Below, piece by piece: positions 1 to 13,635 of a stretch of DNA of 64,000 bases. A program made the position numbers and the translations under genes. The notes under the pieces were generated by a model. It had not been told where the DNA came from. It saw only the letters and a list, made by a program, of their open reading frames with translations, and did not search any database. How positions within the stretch are numbered: the stretch's first letter is position 1; every line of letters starts with the position of its first letter. The DNA comes from Chiloscyllium plagiosum (lineage: Eukaryota), in assembly GCF_004010195.1 (NCBI RefSeq), contig NC_057749.1, forward strand, positions 19,488,661-19,552,660. The letters run 5' to 3'.

Positions 1-200
1 TTTTTGAAGCAGGTGGGGACTTCGGTTTATAGGAAGGGGAAGTTGAAGATGCCGGTGAATATCTGCAGCAGTTGGTCACCCACAGGATCAGAGTGCTCAG
101 CCAGGGACTCCGTCTGGGCCCGTCGCTTTCCTTGGGTTGACTCCGAGGAAGACCAATCTAACACCTGCAGTGGTGACGGTGGGCACCTTCGAGGCAGGTG
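1..200 (-). mobile_element. Rex1/Babar-like (L2/CR1 group) LINE reverse transcriptase fragment, degenerate, cut by window edge
   Basis: Minus strand reads VFLGVNPRKATGPDGVPG*AL*SC and, after a frameshift, DQLLQIFTGIFNFPFL*TEVPTCFK, matching the NPRKA.GPDG.PG...DQL...FT.IFN.S...VPTCFK motif of these RTs. Confidence 0.7.
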
Positions 201-983
201 ACATCATTCAGCTCAAACCAAGCACAGAAAGCACTGAGCGCATCAGGGAGGAAGGGCCTTTGTCTGCTATCTTGCTCTGCTTCATTTTGTTCCCCATAAA
301 ATTGTTTAGGCCTTGCCACAGGTGGTGAGACACACTATTTTTGGTTTGGGCCTCTAATTTGCTCCAGTACTGCCTCTGGGCATCCCTGATGGCTTTGCAA
401 AAGTGAGATTAGGAATCGAAATTCAATGTCAAGGTAGGTTCAGAAAGAAAGATTGGATTCAGAGAGATAACAGACAGTAAAAAAAAAATCTAAAAGTGCT
501 GCTGCATAAGTAATTGTGAGCACATTGGCCTCATGCTTATTGCAACATAAATGTCAGCGTTGTAATTCTGCAGAACCATAAACACTAAGTGTTTGTGTTT
601 AAACTATAATCCTTCCCCTCCATGCATTGCCAGAAGTGCACTGTGCTGCAAATTTAATCTTTCACTTTGTTATAACCTCCATAGTTTTTAAACATCTTAC
701 CTCATACTGGTGCACCATAGCAACCTCAATTAAAAACTACTCTTAATGATAAATTATTTTAATGAGATTTAAATGTATGTCAAAATTACTTTGGCACTCA
801 CTCCACGCCGGCTGTCCCTGATTAATCTAAGTACTTCTTAATATTCATTTGAAATTATGTTTCCAAGTGTTTGCCTACAGTTGATATTAGTCACACTAAC
901 GTAACTGGCAGCAAACACTTTCCTTCCTTTCTGAATATGTATCGTACATTGGCTGCCATATACCAAGAACGACTGAAAAGGCC

Positions 984-1990
984 AAATGTATCGCACGGAA
1001 ACAAACCCTTCAGTCTAATTCATCCATTCCAACCAGATATCCTAACTCAATCTAGTCCCTTTTGCCAGCACCCAATCCATATCCCTCCAAACCCTTCATA
1101 TTCACATTCCCATCCAGATGTCTTTAAAATGTTGTCATTGTAACAGCCTCCACCACTTCCTTTGGCAGCTAATTCTATACATGCACCACCCTCTGCGTGA
1201 AAAAGTTGCCCCTTAGGTCCCTTTTAAACTTTTTCCCTTCTCACCCTAAACCTGTGCTCTCTACCGCTGGACTCACCCTCCCCAGGGAAAAGACCTCATC
1301 TATTTATCCTATCCATGCCCCTCATGATTTTATAAACCGACATCTTCAATTTCCCCCTCCTACACCCCTCAGCCTCTGACGCTCCAAGGAAAACAGCCCC
1401 AGCCTATTCAGCCTCTCCCTATAGCTTAAACCCTCCAACCCTGGCAGCACTTTTGTAAATCTTTTCTGAATGCTTCCAAGTTTCACAACATCCTTTCCAC
1501 TGCACACAGTATTCCAAAAGTGGCTAACCAACGTCCTGTACAGCCACAACATCACCTCCCAACTCCTATAATCAATGCTCTGACCAATGAAGGAAAGCAT
1601 ACTAAACCCCTTCACTATCCCATCTATCTGCGGCTCTACTTTCAAGGAACTACGAACCTGCACTCGAAGGTCTTTTTGTTCGGTAACATTCCTCAGGACC
1701 TTATCATTAAGTGTATATGTCCTGTTCCGATTTGCCTTTCCAAAATGCAGCCCCACACATTTATCTAAATTAAACTCCATCTGCCACTCCTCAGCCCACT
1801 GACCCAGCTCATCATGATCCCATTGTAATCTGAGGTAACCTTCTTTGCTGTCGATTACACCTCGAAGTTTGGTGTCATCTGCAAACTTACTAACTATACC
1901 TATGTTCACATCCAAATCATTTATATAAAATGACGAAAAGCAGTGGACCTAGCACCAATCCTTGTGGCACACCACTGGTCACAGGCCTCT
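984..1990 (-). mobile_element. CR1-clade LINE (HER1-like) 3' fragment
   Basis: ORF 1346..1915 has SKFADDTKL, QWAEEWQMEFNLDKC, ERLNRLGLFSLE; 3' UTR tail homologous to other copies in the window. Confidence 0.92.
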
Positions 1991-3384
1991 CTTTATCATC
2001 TTCTATTAAATCAATTTTCATCTCCAGTATTTTAAGTTAAACATAAATTATGAACTACAATTGAATTTCTCCAAACAACATAATCCAATTTAACTTTTAC
2101 ACATTTTTAAAAAACACTGAATTTCCTATCCATTAACCTTCTTTCTATTCAAATTTTCTCCCTCCCGCCCATTACCTCAGTGTACTTCCTCCCTTTGGAC
2201 GTCCTTTAATATTGTTAACCACATGTTTATCACCTGTCTTCCTTTGAAGTTTACCAAGTTATTTAAGAAATTACTGCTTTAATACAACCCCTCTTTGCTT
2301 CAACACATCTCAACTCTGTATTCCATTCTTCCCATGATCTCTGTGTGGATCACCATTTTGAAATGGTGGAAGGGTTTTTGCTCTCCAGTGCTCCCTCAAG
2401 TGATGATATTAGGAATATCTTACTATTTGTAGGGTCACCAAGGTCAGTGTGGCATTAGGGTAGTGGCAGACAAAGTCAGTCAGGCAAAAGAAGCTGTGCA
2501 ATGGCCGACGATGACTAAAGGTGCAAAGTAGCCCCAGTCACTGGTTTGCCACATCACCAAAATCAGCTCCCATCAACAGTTCATGCATTCATCCTGAAGA
2601 TTTGGGAAGAGAAAGGTCATTCCATCAACTCTCCTCAATTTCAGGAATGTAATAACTACCTTTGAGAAGCAAGATAAACCACATTATAGAAACTATATTT
2701 GGCAAAGAAAATCCACATAACATTTGCTCGCATCATCTTCCTGTGAATAAGGAAATCCCACTCCTCATCTCACCTAATAAAGTGGGACTTTAAACCTTTC
2801 AAAGAAATGCCTGACACTGTCTTTGCTGCCAGACAAATCAACAGAAAATATCATGGTCAGCAAAAATTCTTTACTGCTGTCATCAACTTAACAAAAGCAT
2901 CTAGCTCAAGCTAAATCATGAGGACTCTGCAGGTTGTGATCAAAAGATTTGACTGACCAAAAAATTTCTTAAATAATCCTGCAATTGCTCTGCGATTACA
3001 TGACTATGATTGTCTTCTGGAAAACAGACACATTCTAAATCCAGACCAAGATCTAGCAAGGTTGCATGATAGCCACCATTCTATTTACAATCTACCTGAC
3101 ATTCAACTCAATAATCAATTGCCCGTGGCTGTCAGAATTATATACCACTACAATGGAAACCTATAACTTCAGTTGGATCCATGTCAAAACTAAAGTGACC
3201 ACTGGAGATACATGAACTACAGTTTAAAGATGACTGCAGCTCATTGCTCACTTTGCCTTAGATTTGCAAGTCTGACTTGACATCTTCACTTTTAATATAA
3301 GAAACGTGGCCTGACTGTGCATGTTGCTAAAAACAAACCTCACTTTGATGATGATATTGGAGGGCGAGACAACAACCTAATGGA

Positions 3385-3700
3385 ATTATAATTACACTAC
3401 TAATCTAGAGACCTGGGTAATGTTCTGGGGACCCAAGTTCAAATCCTTATTCAATAATGAAAAAAAAAATTTGGAATGAAGAGTCTAATGATGATCAGGA
3501 ATCCATTGCCAATTGTCAGGAAAAGCCCATCAGGTTCACTAATGTCCTTTAGGGAAGGAAATCTGCCATCCTTACCTGGTCTGGCCTACGTATGATTCCA
3601 GACCAACTGCAATGTGCTCGAGTCTGAAGTGCTCACTGGGAATGGGCAATAAATGCTGGCCTAGCCAGCAATGCCCACATCCTGTGTATGATTGAAAAAT
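3385..3700 (+). mobile_element. Short tRNA-headed SINE-like element (family X) sharing 5' body and 3' tail with the LINE at 8420-13885
   Basis: B-box-like AGTTCAAATCC at ~3437; body GGTTCACTAATGTCCTTTAGGGAAGGAAATCTGCC; tail GGGCAATAAATGCTGGCCTAGCCAGCAATGCCCACATCC. Confidence 0.7.
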
Positions 3701-4102
3701 CATAACTTTGGTCAGCCACATATTCCACCTTGCATTCAGATTAAAAGAGAGACTGTGTTGAATACTTCGTATACACTGGCCCCACCTCTTGTAAAAGGCC
3801 ACGGTTGACAAGGGATTGGCTGTGCTGGCTCACTCTTCTGCACTAGAGTGTTTAACAACAAAGACCTCAGCAAATCAACAGAAGTCAAAGTGTACAGGGC
3901 AGCTATCTACATCTGTACTGCACCAAGATCTGAAATGCATATTAGCACATTACAGCAAGAGAATTTCCATTCACTAAGCCACATGGCTCCAGAATCAATC
4001 AGACTCTCAAACAAATGCAACTCCACAAGAATTCAGACAGAACTCCTACGAAATTAACTGGACAAGTGACTGATGGTCAAAAAGTAATTTTTGACCCAAA
4101 AA

Positions 4103-4430
4103 GGGGGCACAGTGGCACAGTCGTCAGCACTGCTGCCTCACAGCGCCAGGGACCCAGGTTCAATTCCTGCCTCGGGCAACTGTCCGTGTGGAGTTTGCAC
4201 ATTCTCCCCGTGTCTGCGTGGGTTTCCTCTGGGTGCTCCTGTTTCCTCCCACAGGCCAAAGATGTGCAGGTTAGGTGAGTTGGCCATGCTAAATTGCTCG
4301 TAGTGTTAGGTGGATTAGTCAGGGGTAAATATAGGGGAATGGGTCTGGGTGGGTTGCTCTTCAAAGGGTTGGTGTTGGACTTGTTGGGCCGAAGTGCCTG
4401 TTTCCACACTGTAGGGAATCTAATCTAATC
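4103..4430 (+). mobile_element. HE1-like V-SINE, full length
   Basis: tRNA-like head (GTGGCACAGT.GT...GGTTCAATTCC), V-domain GTGTGGAGTTTGCACATTCTCCCCGTGTCTGCGTGGGTTTCC, CR1-derived tail GGGCCGAAG..CCTGTTTCCACACTGTA ending in (AATCT)n. Confidence 0.9.
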
Positions 4431-5767
4431 ATTTCCCAGCTCAATCCAGTGCCTACATTCCAGAGGAAGACAACGAAAATGTAATGATACATTGAAGTAC
4501 AGCAGCACTGACATTAATGACAGGGAAGAGCTTGCTATCATTTATAATGGTGACAAATTGCCCATCAATCTGCATCACACTTTCCTTAATGAGTAGATGA
4601 AGTGGCAGCAGCAAAACAAAGAGAGAAAGGTATTTCTTTACTCAGGTTCCCGTTACCCGATGTGCCCAGAGATCTATCAGTTGAGAACTGGGCCGTTTGA
4701 TCACATCAAGACTTATGGCAGAAACTCATGACCCTGTGAAGACATCATCCTCAAAACTGAGGGAAAGCTGACAACAGTGACATCTCTTATGTGGATTCCA
4801 CCCTATTGATCTGTCAGCTTGCTTCGATAACATTTCTGCCCAGTTACTGGAAACAGATGACTCTTAGCTCAGTGAACTTAGCGTTTACGTGGTAAACACT
4901 CTTCAAACACCTTTCTGTATTTTCAGTGAACCTAATTACACTAAGTCACTAATTCCACTTTGTTCTATTATGTCAATTACTGTCATAAGAGTGATACAGC
5001 ACAGAAACTGAGCCTTGGGTCTAAAGTCCATGCAGAATATAATTCCAAACCACCTGCCTGCTCCTGGCCTGTATCCTGCCAAACCTTTCATAATAACAGC
5101 TTCATTTCAATTTTTCAAAGCTAGATCAAGGAGTCTTTCTTAGTTTGTTGGACTATAAACATTCCAATATAAAAAGTATCATTATATACATTCTAAAGTG
5201 GATTGACCACCTGTAGCACACATATATCTTGACCGCAATCTACTCTGGGATCATTAAAATTACTCAGTCTTACTGCTTGTTTTCTTTCAATAGACAACCA
5301 ATCATCTCCATCTTATCAAATGCACCAAGAATTACACCAGTTATCTTTCCACTTTTTAATGTTATATATAGTGATGCTATAGTAAATAGGAACCATATTT
5401 CAAGAAGATTGAGCCTTCACTCTTTTCTCAAGGAGAACTATGGATGGGCAACTAAGTTGGCCTTACCAGCAATGCCCACATTCCATACAAGTTGACCAAG
5501 CCCAAAGAGCACTCATGCTCCAGCAGCACGATGAAATCGTTTGCTCAGCTTCCCCATGAATTTCCTTTCCTTCCGATCACTAACGGTATTATAAATTCAA
5601 AGGCTAAGCATGGAGTCCTGTTCAAACATTATCCAATTCATCCTAATTACAGAATAACTTTATTTCCTCTGCAAAAGTACTCATTATATTCAAATACTTT
5701 GGGTTGGCGTGTAACAACATTTATTTAGAATGAAATTATATTCATAGTGATATTTATGACCTCCATT

Positions 5768-6718
5768 TAGAGTCATAGAATCAGAGATGTACAGCACAGA
5801 AATAGACCCTTCGGTCTAACTATGCCAACCCAATCTAGTTCTACCTGCCAACACCTGACCCATATCCCTCCGAACCCCTCCCATTCATATACCCATCCAG
5901 ATGCCTTTTAAATGTTACAATTGTACCAGCCTCCACCACTTCCTCTGGCAGCTCATCCCATACACGCACCACTCTCTGCATGAAAAGAATTGCCCTTTAG
6001 ATCTCTTTTATATCTTTCCCCTCTCATCCTAAACCGATGCCCTCTCGTTCTGGACTCCCCCAACCCAGGGAAGAGACTTTGCTTATTTATCTTATCCATG
6101 CCCTCGTGATTTCACAAACCTCTATACAGGTCACCCCTCAGCCTCCAACGATCCAGGGAAAACAGCCCCATCCTACTCACCCTCTCCCTATAGCTCAAAC
6201 CCTCCAACCCTGGCAACATCCTTGTAAACCTTTTCTGAAGCCTTTCAAGTTTCACGACATCCTTCATATCATAGGAAAGAGACCAGAATTGCACGCAATA
6301 TTCCAACAGTGGCCTAACCAACGTCCTGTCCAGTCGCAACATGACCTCCCAACTCCTGTACTCAATACTCTGACCAATAAAGGAAAGCATAACAAACACC
6401 TTCTTCACATCCTATCTACCTGTGACTCTACTTTCAATGAGCTATGAACTTGCACTCCAAGGTCTCTTTGTTCAGCAACACTCCCTAGAACCTTACCATT
6501 AAGTGTACAAGTCCTTGTAGTAAGACTTGCATTCCCAAAATGCAGCACCTCGCATTTATCTAAATTAAACTCCATCTGCCACTCCTCAGCCACTGGCCCA
6601 TCTGGTCCAGATCCTGTTGTAATCAGAGGTAACCTTCTTCATTGTCCACTGCACCTCCAACTTTGGTGTCATCTGCAAACTTACTAACTATACCGCTTCT
6701 GCTCGCATCCAAATCATT
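5768..6718 (-). mobile_element. CR1-clade LINE (HER1-like) 3' fragment
   Basis: ORFs 6405..6593 and 6112..6408 (WQMEFNLDKC; LVRPLLEYCVQFWS; RLRGDL); tail ending CTATGACTCTA. Confidence 0.93.
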
Positions 6719-6859
6719 CTAGGGCAGCAAAGTGTTACCATTCCTAGTTTGTTAAAATCTTTTTGAAGTCTTGTTTGCACCAAATCAATTTGCTTATTTG
6801 AAATGTTGATGCTTGTAAAATATAAATGAAGTAGTAAATTGTTTTTAGTGACATTGATA

Positions 6860-7035
6860 GTACAATAAATGCTGGTCAATACACGGAGAAATCTCTAGCT
6901 CTTCTTCAAAATACAGGAATCATGAATATTGCATCAAACAGGCAGTATTTCCAATAGGGCAGCATAGCCTCAATACTACACTGAAGCATTAGACTGGATG
7001 AAATGTCTAGAGACTTGAGCCTATGACTTTCCGAT
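6860..7035 (-). mobile_element. Deu-domain SINE fragment (degenerate)
   Basis: Reverse complement resembles the element at 42470-42845. Confidence 0.45.
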
Positions 7036-7097
7036 TCAGGTAAGACAGAACACAAACAGGGCAACACATGATTTCAAATGACAAATATTTGGTAATA

Positions 7098-7676
7098 CTA
7101 ATACAGGAGTTGGGAGGTCATGTTGCGGCTGTACAGGACATTGGTTAGGCCGTTGTTGGAATATTGCGTGCAATTCTGGTCTCCTTCCTATCACAAAGAT
7201 GTTGTGAAACATGAAAGGGTTCAGAAAGGATTTACAAGGATGTTGCCAGGGTTGGAGGATTTGAGCTAAAGGGGGAGGCTGAATAGGCTGGGGCTGTTTT
7301 CCTTGGAGCGTTGGTGGCTGAAGGGAGACCTTATAGAGGTTTACAAAATTATGAGGGGCATGGATAGGATAAATAGACAAAGTCTTTTCCCTGGGGTCGG
7401 GGAGGCCAGAACTAGAGGGCATAGGTTTAGGGTGAGAGGGGAAAGATATAAAAGAGACCTAAGGGGCAACTTTTTCATGCAGAGGGTGGTACATGTATGG
7501 AATGAGCTGCCAGAGGGTGTGGTGGAGGCATCTGGATGGGTATACGAATAGGAAGGGTTTGGAGGGATATGGGCCGGGTGCTGCCAGGTGGGACTAGATT
7601 GGGTTGGGATATCTGGTCGGCATGGACGGGTTGGACCGAAGGGTCTGTTTCCATGCTGTACATCTCTATGACTCTA
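7098..7676 (+). mobile_element. CR1-clade LINE (HER1-like) 3' fragment, inverted relative to 5768-6718
   Basis: LKGDLIEVYKIMRGMDR...RTRGHRFRVRG...NFFMQRVVHVWNELP; tail GTACATCTCTATGACTCTA. Confidence 0.93.
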
Positions 7677-8574
7677 GTGCATTCACGGGTCAGAAAATAT
7701 CTGCACCAAAAAATTCAAAATATCATACAGTTCAAAATCCCCTTGAATTTATGAAAAATGAATCCAAAAGTTGAAAAGTAGTCCCAGAGTAAAAAGCTCA
7801 AATACAAATTACATACTCTGGTAAATGCGCAACAAAACATTCCAAACCATTGTATTAAACAAAGTCACTTATTTCACTTTTACCCAGTGTTTAAATAATT
7901 TTTGAGACTAAACTTTTGTAGTTTGAGAAAATCTGAACGGTAATCAAAATAAATAACTTGTCGATGGGAGGGGACTGGGTCACAGATTCAGAGGAAGGGA
8001 ACATAAAAGGCTGAGTAAATCATCATCAACAAAGCAGCAGAAGACAGAGAGCAGCTCAGTACGAGAAAAGGAAAACAAGCTTGGATGCAAGGTCAAAGGG
8101 GATGACTAGGACAAGGTCCTACAAGTCCAGTGTCAGCCTGTTTCAGTCAAACAGCTTCAACTAAAGCAGGGTATTCAAATTGATAACATTTTAATATGTG
8201 TATATTTCACTTTTAGCTAATTCTGATTTGTCAGCCTAGAGGTTTTTGAAATGTACTATACTTAATTATTATAATGCCAGAAACTAATCAATTAGTTGCA
8301 CACAGCAAGCTACCATAAACAACGATGAGAGGTTCAGAATGAAGGGGAGTCAAACTGGACTTGAATCTCTCTCTACAGATGCTGCCAAACCTGAATTTCT
8401 CCAGCATTTTCGGTGTTTGTTTAATGTTCTAAAAATCATGGCAAGTGGTGAAATTTGAACTCAATAAAAATCAGTAATTTAAAAAAAGTCTAAAAAAGTT
8501 TTCTTAAAATGAACAAATTACAATTACAGCCAACCAGGAACAGTTCAACAATTGCAAGTTTTTAGACATTTTTT

Positions 8575-8678
8575 AATCAACCTGCTTAGAGATATTACTA
8601 CATACCTGGAGCAGATGAGACTTGAACCTGGCCTCCTGGATCAAAGGTGAGGTCAATACCACAGCTGCACAAGAGCTC
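8575..8678 (-). mobile_element. Short tRNA-derived SINE head (related copies 12612-12690 on -, 41520-41605 on +)
   Basis: Reverse complement GCTCTTGTGCAGCTGTGG...CCAGGTTCAAGTC has A-box and B-box-like motifs; recurs three times. Confidence 0.55.
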
Positions 8679-8697
8679 TAACAAAGTCTTATGATAT

Positions 8698-9237
8698 AAG
8701 ACGGCAGCTGAGTAGGATGTTTCTGCTGGAGCTTGTCTGCTCCATCCATTTCTCTTTTTATCCCTCTGTTCTTTTGTCTTCCATCTTCTTAGAGAAGCTG
8801 TCCTGAACAGTCAGACTCAGCGCAAACCCAGCGAGGCTGTCTCAGTGGCACGGCATGGCAGTCTCTCAGCCTGGCATGGTGATTTTACGGCAGCCGAGGG
8901 GGTAGACTACCAGTCTCGAGGTGATTCCAGTGGGATCTCTTGGTCTCGAAGAGTCAAGGTGAAGCCAGTCTGGAGTCAAGGCGTGGGCTGGAAGTTAGGT
9001 GCCAGCATGAACTGGGTTGGAAGGACTGTTGTTCTGAACTTTTTATTTCTCTATTTTCTAACTTGTTCCTACGATCTGTAATGCTGGACTTGATATTTCT
9101 TTTTTTTTCCTCACCAAGAACTTATATTGAAGAATCTGTGCTAGGTACCTTGTATCTAAGATGGCACCATAAATGGGGACTTATAAACTTTTCACTGCAC
9201 TCATTTGAGTACATGTGACAATAAAGCTAATTCAATT
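8698..9237 (+). repeat. Unclassified interspersed repeat with a Rex/L2-like 3' tail, inserted in the LINE 5' region
   Basis: Ends GTACATGTGACAATAAAGCTAATTCAATT; lies between two contiguous parts of the family X/LINE head. Confidence 0.45.
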
Positions 9238-10390
9238 AATTGTCAACTGTTGTAAAATTCCACCTAGTTCATTCATGTCCTTTAGGGAAGAAATCTGCAT
9301 TACCTAGTCTTGACTGGGGGACTCTAGTGCCTCAACAACCTGGCTAAACCTTAACTACCCTCTGAAATTGCTGAGCAAGCCACTCAGTTATATCAAATTT
9401 CATCAATCTAGATGCTAGAAACAACAATGCCAAACACAGCTCTGTTGACACTGTAAACATTCTTCTCACCAATACCTGTGGACTTGTGCCAAGATTAGCA
9501 AACCAACAATCTGAACTGATCATACTCACAGATGCATACCTTAGAGAATGTACCAGATATCATCAAAATCCCTATGTCCTACCCCACCAGCATAGTGGTA
9601 TACAGTCAGGATGAGTTGCCCTGAGTCATTGACCACTGGATCCCATGAAGTCTCACGGCATCAGGTGAAACATGGGTAAGGAAATCTCTTGCTGATTACC
9701 ACCTATTGCCCCACCTTTGGCTGATGAATCAATATGAATCCTCCATATTGAATACCACTTGGCAGAAACAATGAAGGTAGCAAATACACTGTATTACAAC
9801 GTCCGTCACTAAGAGGGGCTCGGTAACTGCTAAAATTCTCAGATAGGATATGGCTGCAAAACTGGATCTGCAGCAGCTGATGAGAGAAGACGGAGTAACC
9901 TTTATGACCTCATCCTTACCAATCTACCTGTTGCTAATGCATCTGTCCATGACAGTAATCACTGCAGTCCTCGTGCAAACTATATCCTGTCTTCATATAA
10001 AGCACATCCTCTACATGTGAGGTAATACCACCATGCTAAATGAAACAGACTTCATGTGGAGAAAGTAAGTCAAAACTGTGCATACATTAGGCACTGTCAG
10101 TCAGCAATAGCAAGAGAACTGCTTTCAACCACACTTGTAACCTCATGCCCCAGCATATCCTACTTTAAATTTACCAAGCCAATAGAAAATGCCTGGTTCA
10201 AAGAAGAGTGCAGGAGGAATTGCAGGAGCAGTACTAAGCCAAGTCAAAGGTGAGATCTCAAGCTGGTGAAAATACAACACAATTTGAATGTGGAAGCAGC
10301 ATGCAATTAACAGGGCAATGTGATCCCATAACCAATGTATCAGATACAAACAGTGCAGTCCCACAACATCCAAACATGAGTAGCACAGGG

Positions 10391-11826
10391 TCATATAGTA
10401 TTGAATCAGATCCTTTGGTGTAACCAGTCGCATCCACCATGTTCCCAAACTAAACCAGTCCCACATGCCTATACTTAGCCCATAGCCCACCAAACCTTTC
10501 CTATTCATGAAACTTATCCAAAAAACTTTTAAACGTTCTAAGTGTACCTGCATCTATCATTTCGATACACAAACCATTGTGTAATAAAGTTGACCCTCAT
10601 GCCTTTATTAAATCTTTTTTCCTCTCACCTTAAAAATATGTCCCCCAGTTTTGAACTCCTTCACTCTAGAGAAAAGATCCTTGTCATTCACCTTGTCTGT
10701 GCCCATCATGATTTTATAAACCTCAATAAGGTCACCCCTCAACCTCCTACACGCCAGTGAAAAAAAGTCTCAACCTTGATAGTCCATTTTTACACCTCGA
10801 AGTTGCCATTCCTAGCAACAATCTGACAAATCTTCTCTGAACCTTTTCCAATTAAGTAATATCCTTCCTATAACAGGGTGATCAAACCTGCACACAGTAC
10901 ACCAGAAGAGGCCTCACCAAGTCCTGTGCAACCCTTTTTTAAAAGACTATTTACAGTGTGGAAACAGGCCCTTCGGCCCAACAAGTCCACGCCGACCCCC
11001 CCTAAGAGCAACCCACCCAGACCCATTCCCCTTCATTTACCCCTTCACCTAACACTACGAGCAATTCAGCATGGCCAATTCACCTAACCTGCACTTTTTG
11101 GCTTGTGGGAGGAAACCAGAGCACCCGGAGGAAACCCACGCAGACACGGAGAGAATGTGCAAACTCCACACAGAGTTGCCTGAGGCAGGAATTGAACCTG
11201 GGTCTCTGCGCTGTGAGGCAGCAGTGCTAACCACTGTGCCACGGTGCAATATGTCCAACTCCTATACTCAAAGGTCTGAGCAATGAAGGCAAGCATGCTG
11301 AACACCTTAACTACCCTGCCTATCTGTGATGCAAATTTCAAAGAAGTATGTACCTGATCTCTGTTCTACAACATGACCCAAGGCACTACCATTAATTATA
11401 TAAATTCTGTCTTTGTTTGTATTACCAAAATGCAATACCTCACATTTATGCACATTAAATTCCATTTGGCACTCCTCTTGATCATTGACCCAAATGATCA
11501 AGATTTCTTTGTACGCTTAGAAAAACCTCTTCACTGCCTACCATACCACTAATTTTGGTGTCATCTGCAAACTTTCTAACGTTGTCTCCTATATTCTCAT
11601 AAATCATTTATATAAATGAAAAAAACAAAAGTGGACCCAGTATTGATCCCTGTGGAATACCACTGGTCACAGGCCTCCAGTCCAAAGAAAACTTTCCACC
11701 ACCATTTGACTCCTACCATAAAGTCAATTTTGTATCCAATTGTGATTCCCATGTGATCTAACTTTATTAATTGGTCTACCATGCTGAACCTTGTCAAAGG
11801 CTTGACTAATATCTAAGTAAACAATC
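10391..11826 (-). mobile_element. CR1-clade LINE fragment nested in the CR1/L2 LINE and itself interrupted by an HE1-like SINE
   Basis: ECQMEFNVHKCEVLHFG and KVFSMLAFIAQTFEYRS, plus CR1 3' tail. Confidence 0.88.
10935..11247 (-). mobile_element. HE1-like V-SINE
   Basis: Reverse complement of the 4103-4430 family, head to tail. Confidence 0.9.
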
Positions 11827-13401
11827 TATCCTTCCTATTGGCAGCAGACAATTAATAACAGGAGGTGGGATTCCACAAATATCCCCATCTTTAGTGATGG
11901 GGGAGCTAGCAGTTTAGTGGCAAAAGACAAGACTAAAGTATTTGCATCCATCTGCAGCTAGAACTGTGAATGGAAGTCCCCAGCATTACAGATGCCAAGT
12001 CTTCAACCAATCAATTCATTCCATGTGATATCAAAACACAGCTAAAGATGCTGAAGACTGCAAAAGCTATGTGCCCTGATAACATTCTGGCAATAGTACT
12101 GACGACTTCTGCTTCAGAAGTTGCCAAGCCTCTAGTCAAGATGTTCAAACACAGTTGTAATAATACTGGCAACTACCTGACAATGTGAAATATTATGCAG
12201 TTCTTTGCTGTGTACAAAAAGAAAAGACAAATCCAACTCAACTAATTACAATCCTATTTGTCATCAAAAGCAAAGCAATAGAAGGTGTTGTCAATATTGC
12301 TATCAAATGGCACTTGCAAAGGAATAACTCTGCTCACTGGTGTCCACTTTGTGGTCTGTCAAGGCCCTCAGCTCCTGACCTCATTACGTCCTCAGTTCAA
12401 ACATGGATGAAAGAACGGAAATCCAGAAGCATGTCCTTGGCATCTAAGCAGCATTTGACAGAGCATGGCACCAGGGACACTAACAAAACCAGAGTCAATG
12501 GGATCCAGGAAAAATTCTCCACTGGCTGGAGTCATACCTTGCACAAAGGAGAATGACAGTGATTACTGAAGGTCAATCATCTCAGCCCCAGGACATCTCT
12601 GCAGGAGATTCAGATATGTTATTACCCACCTCTGAAACAGGTAGGGCTTACACATGAGTTCGTAGTCTGGAGATAGGAACCCTACCACCCCCATCTGTAT
12701 GCAACAAGACGCAAACAATATCTAGGATTGGGCTGATAACTGGCACCTATCATTTGCACAAGTTCAGGGGAATACCAACTCCAGCAAGAGAGGACCTAAC
12801 CATTTTGCCTTGACATTTAATGGGATTCCACAAATATCCCCATCTTTAGTGATGGGGGAGCTAGCAGTTTAGTGGCAAAAGACAAGACTAAAGTATTTGC
12901 ATCCATCTGCAGCTAGAACTGTGAATGGAAGTCCCCAGCATTACAGATGCCAAGTCTTCAACCAATCAATTCATTCCATGTGATATCAAAACATGAAACC
13001 CCCACTATCATCCCAGGGATTACCGCTGAACAGAAACTGAACTCGACCAGCCACTTAAATACTCTGACCACAAGACTAGGTCAGAGGTGGAAATTCTGCA
13101 GTGAATATCTCACTTTCTGACTCCCCAAAGTCCGTCCACAATCTACAAGGCAGAAATCAGATGTGTGATGGAATACTCCCCACTTGCCTGGATGGGTGCA
13201 GCTCCAACAACACTCAAGAAGCTTGATACCATCTCGGACAATACAGCCTACTTGACTGCCATCCCACTCACTATTTTAAACATCATTACCTTCACCACCA
13301 TCACACAACAGTGCGTACCATTTACAAGAAGGACTGCAACAGCTCATTAAGGCCTCTTGTACAGCACTTTCCAAGATTGATTTTTACTACCGTGAAAGAC
13401 A

Positions 13402-13635
13402 AGATGTGGAGGTGCCGGTGTTGGACTGGAGTAAATAAAGTTAAAATCACACAACACCAGGTTATAGCTGAAAATGTGTTACTGGAACAGCGCAGCAGGT
13501 CAGGCAGCATCCAGGGAACAGGAGAATCGACGTTTCGGGCATAAGCCCTTCAACACCAGGTTATAGTCCAACAGGTTTATTTGGAAGCTTTTGGAGCAGG
13601 ACGATAACCTCGTGTTGTGTGATTTTTAATTTTGA
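13402..13635. mobile_element. Penelope-derived family C fragment containing a family A fragment (13468-13550)
   Basis: Family C motif TCACACAACACCAGGTTATAGTCCAACAGG is split by the insert; 16 bp direct repeat CAACACCAGGTTATAG at 13452-13467 and 13551-13566. Confidence 0.75.

Larger units (their letters stand above)
2790..4775 (+). mobile_element. Old RTE-clade LINE remnant, interrupted by two SINE-like insertions
   Basis: Degenerate RTE motifs in order: DTVFAARQI, INLTKAS, QGCMIATILFTIYL, IHELQFKDDC (YADD equivalent), RVFNNKDLSKSTEVKVYRAAI, and a C-terminal zinc-finger remnant near 4655-4715. Confidence 0.7.

Noticed and set aside
4103..4175. tRNA genes
   Set aside because: A and B boxes belong to SINE heads followed by SINE bodies; no complete cloverleaf seen
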